Assembly: GCF_001194135.2 (NCBI RefSeq)
Contig: NC_068985.1
Coordinates: 96,416,754 to 96,480,753, forward strand
DNA: 64,000 bases
DNA from: Octopus bimaculoides
Lineage: Eukaryota
Direction of reading: 5' to 3'
In this document: in pieces, positions 60,887-64,000 of the stretch
How positions within the stretch are numbered: the first letter of the stretch is position 1
Layout: every line of letters starts with the position of its first letter
Translations under genes and position numbers: made by a program
The notes under the pieces: model-generated
What the model was told of the DNA's origin: nothing
The model's input: only the letters and a program-made list of their open reading frames with translations
The model's database searches: none

Positions 60887-62398
60887 AATAATAATAATGG
60901 TTTTAAATTTAGACACAAGGCTAGGAATTTTTGTGGAGGAAAAATAATCTTTGTTGGAAATAAATATGTGAGGGTTGGCAACAAGAAGGATATCTGGCCA
61001 TAGAAAATCTGCCTCAAACGAACTCTTGTTTGACCCATACAAACATGGAAAAGTGGACCTTCTGTTCCATATTCATTCCAAGAACACAGGTCCAATAGAA
61101 ACATAAAGCAGAGAACAGGCACATGCGTCTGGTTTGAAAGTGAAAGTAGACAAGTGATGAGAAGCTGCATATTTTCTGTGTAAAGACACGACAAAGACAA
61201 GGGGGGGAGGGGTTAATCAAAATCTTTATAGGGGTGTGGTGCAAATCTATATGAAGGACTCCTACGAGAGGAACTTTATAGAATTCCCTTAGTCTAAGAG
61301 CTCTTGTTGCTATATATGGTTGGTTACATACACTCAAAGAATGGTGTGTTTAATATCAGTGAGCTGACAAGACTTGTTAGCATGTCATTTTTTCTGTCTT
61401 TAACTTCAGAGTTCAAATGTCTCCAAGGTTGACTTAGCCATTCGTCCTTTTGGGGTTGATAAAATAAGTACCAGTTCAGTACTGGGTTTGATGTAATCAA
61501 CCTACTCCTTGCCCTGAACTTGCTGGCCTTGTGCCCCAGATTTGAAGCCAATATAAAACCATCTCCTTTCAATACTAACCCTTATCCTCATCTGAACAGT
61601 CTTGTTTTGTAAGTTACTGGTGCTGGTGGTATGTAAAAAGCACCCAGTACATGCTATGAAGGGGTTGGCATTAGGAAGGGCATCCGGGAGTAGAACCCAT
61701 GCTAAAGTGACACAGGAGTATGATGCAGTCTTTGAGTACATTGGATTCTGTCGAACCATCCATACCATGTCAGAATGGCAAAACAGATGGTAAATGATGA
61801 TGAGGATGTATTTGATCAGGGATTTTCTTGTACAAATGTTATGAACATGTGATATACAGAAGATATACAGTGACAACATGTAGTGGTTTACGAGTGTGAA
61901 CAAGAGTGTGAGTGAGAATATGAGTGTAAGTGCAGATCGAGTGACTGCATACACGAATGCACACATTAACAAACACTTGAAGCCCACCTTCCGATTGTTG
62001 CATATTCTCATTTTATATGGTGAATAAGAGTATAATATTGGTTGCAAAAAAACTGGTACGGGATCAGCAATTTCGAGGAAGGGGGCAAGGTGATTACATT
62101 GACCCCCAGTGTTCAACTGGTACTTATTTTATCAACCCTCAAAAGGATGAAAGACAAAACAGACCTCAGCGGAATTTGAACTCGGAACGTTATAAAGACA
62201 GCTGAAAAGCTGCTAAGCATTTTGCCTGGGGTGTGTTAATGGGGTTTTGCCAGTTCGTCACCTTAATTAAAGTCTATAATATTGAATGAGTTTCATTAGG
62301 AGTTGCACGAAAGTTAATCAAGCTGGGAGTTTTAGATAGATAGTCCTTGCCTCACATACAGACACACACACACTGAATATTATTAGTTGGAATTTTAA

Positions 62399-62574
62399 CC
62401 CTTTAGCATTTAAACTGGCCATATCTGGCCTCTCACATCTACCCTACAATGTCATTCTAAAAATAAGCATTCACGTGATCAAAATCTCAAAGCTATGAGA
62501 TGATCCACGATTAATTCTAAACAATATGAACAATTAAGCATTACATTTGACAGATTAAACTGAATGCTAAAGGG
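62399..62574. mobile_element. piggyBac-type MITE, 176 bp
   Basis: TTAA|ccctttagcatt ... aatgctaaaggg|TTAA; perfect 12-bp TIR and TTAA TSD. Confidence 0.88.
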
Positions 62575-62898
62575 TTAAATGAAAGAAAAAAAAAATACAA
62601 ACAAAAAAACTCACAAACATTATAGCCAAAAAAAATGGACATACATCAATGACATACATGAGACATTATATAAAAGATTAAAAAAAAAAGGTTAAGTTGA
62701 GGTCTAGAAGGGTTTGTTGTTGGCCACTAAACCATAAGGGGTTTTTTTTTAACCTCACGGAGCTTCAACAATATTAGTGTTTACAGTTTTAGAAATTACT
62801 GATATTAGCCAGACACAGAATCAAATAAGAATCAAGGTTATTGGATATTTTAGGGGAGAATGTCTTGGACGAAGTTAAAAATGCTTTAATTCTCTTAC

Positions 62899-63099
62899 CC
62901 CTTTTCATAACTTCCAAGTGTTCCCAAAGTATATCACCCACGTAAGGTGGCGCTCTTTCCAGAAAAGCATCTTTACCAAGTTGACACATTTCTTTACCGG
63001 TCATGTTGAAACGATCGGTGCGAATGCCATTGAGAGCGTATTCTTGTCTGACCCATTCCAACCATTGCATCACATTGATTTTGTTCCACTGTACAGGAT
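62899..63099 (-). CDS. ETS1/2 (pnt): ETS1/ETS2/pointed-like transcription factor, PNT (SAM/Pointed) domain exon; upstream exons lie outside the window
   Basis: Translates DPVQWNKINVMQWLEWVRQEYALNGIRTDRFNMTGKEMCQLGKDAFLERAPPYVGDILWEHLEVMKR, matching the ETS1 PNT pattern (DPxxW...W...EF.L...F.MNG..LC.LGK..FL..AP..VGDILWEHLE). Acceptor tctttag|ATCCT, donor AGGG|gtaaga; 201 nt, phase 1-1. Confidence 0.93.
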
Positions 63100-64000
63100 C
63101 TAAAGAATACATCAGGGTATTTGGACTGTTAACGCTTCCTTACTAAAGTATGGCATGGCATTAATGCACACATATGGTCCAAACATACAAATATATACAC
63201 ACACTAACATTCAGACAAAAACATAAATATATACACACTGTAAAGACACACAAACGCTTGTGAATATATACTACAAATTAAACGAAGAAAGCATGCATAC
63301 ACAAAATGTGTGTGAGTGTTTGTGTGTGCTAAACTGGTTTCAATTCCTGGGCTAGGTAGTACATTGTGTTCTTGAGCAAAACCCTTCATTTCACCTTGCC
63401 CCTAGTTCACTCAGCTGCAGGGAGGTTCCAACAAAAGCTTGGTAAGTTAGCCCCACAAACTGACTGGCGTCCTGTCCAGGAAGGGGTATTGTCGTCTCAG
63501 TCAGTTTATACGTGATGGAAATCGGGTCAAGCTCCGGCCCTAGGGTCCTACGATTCACGGCAGGCTCAGGACCTGTATATATGAGTATGTACATATTATG
63601 TATATATGTGTGTGTATGTATATATATATATATATATATACATATTACATGGTCATGTGATTGATGAGGACTATCAGATGTTATATATCGCTGGTCACAA
63701 TGCTTTTCACCTTGCTTTAGCTTTTGAATAAGGATACCCTGCTGGCTAGGCAGGCAGGCAGGCAGGCCAAAAGTCCCCCCAGCCCCTGATCGGGAGGCTA
63801 GTCCATCAAAGGGTTACCCATAGACAGCTGAGTGGATTGGACAAGTGTGAAATGAAGTGCCTTGCTCAAGAACACGACATGGTGCATGGTCTGAGAATTG
63901 AACCCACAATCTAGCTATTATGAGTACAACATCCTACCATTGGTCCATGCACCTTCAGTATGTGTGTGTGTGTGTGTGTGTGCATGCGCGCGCGCGCGTG

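Overview
Eukaryotic, AT-rich draft-assembly DNA with many N gaps and dense microsatellites. Its SINE repertoire and repeat style suggest a coleoid cephalopod (Octopus-like); this is inference. The only host protein-coding gene I can support is the 3' part of an ETS1/ETS2/pointed-type transcription factor on the minus strand. It has four coding exons with canonical GT-AG phase-1 junctions: PNT/SAM exon 63099-62899, 45227-45015, 42599-42330, and the ETS-domain/stop exon 41340-40997; the upstream exons lie beyond the window end. The rest (about 1-40 kb intergenic, plus the introns) is mostly mobile-element debris: at least three tRNA-derived SINE families with exchanged modules, an element ending in (GAT)n, LINE remnants (R4/Dong-like, CR1/L2-like, I/Jockey-like), Tc1/mariner, hAT and piggyBac MITEs with recognisable TSDs, a solo LTR and a Helitron-like 3' end. 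The most interesting observations are: several minimal hammerhead-ribozyme folds in Penelope-like remnants (best at 4213-4249; another in an inverted insertion at 21471-21657); a repeat/spacer higher-order array in the large ETS intron (53531-54155); a 540-bp non-coding element sitting in a (TAA)n tract; and a possible His-rich alternative exon of the ETS gene. All alignments and folds were done by eye; no database searches were run.
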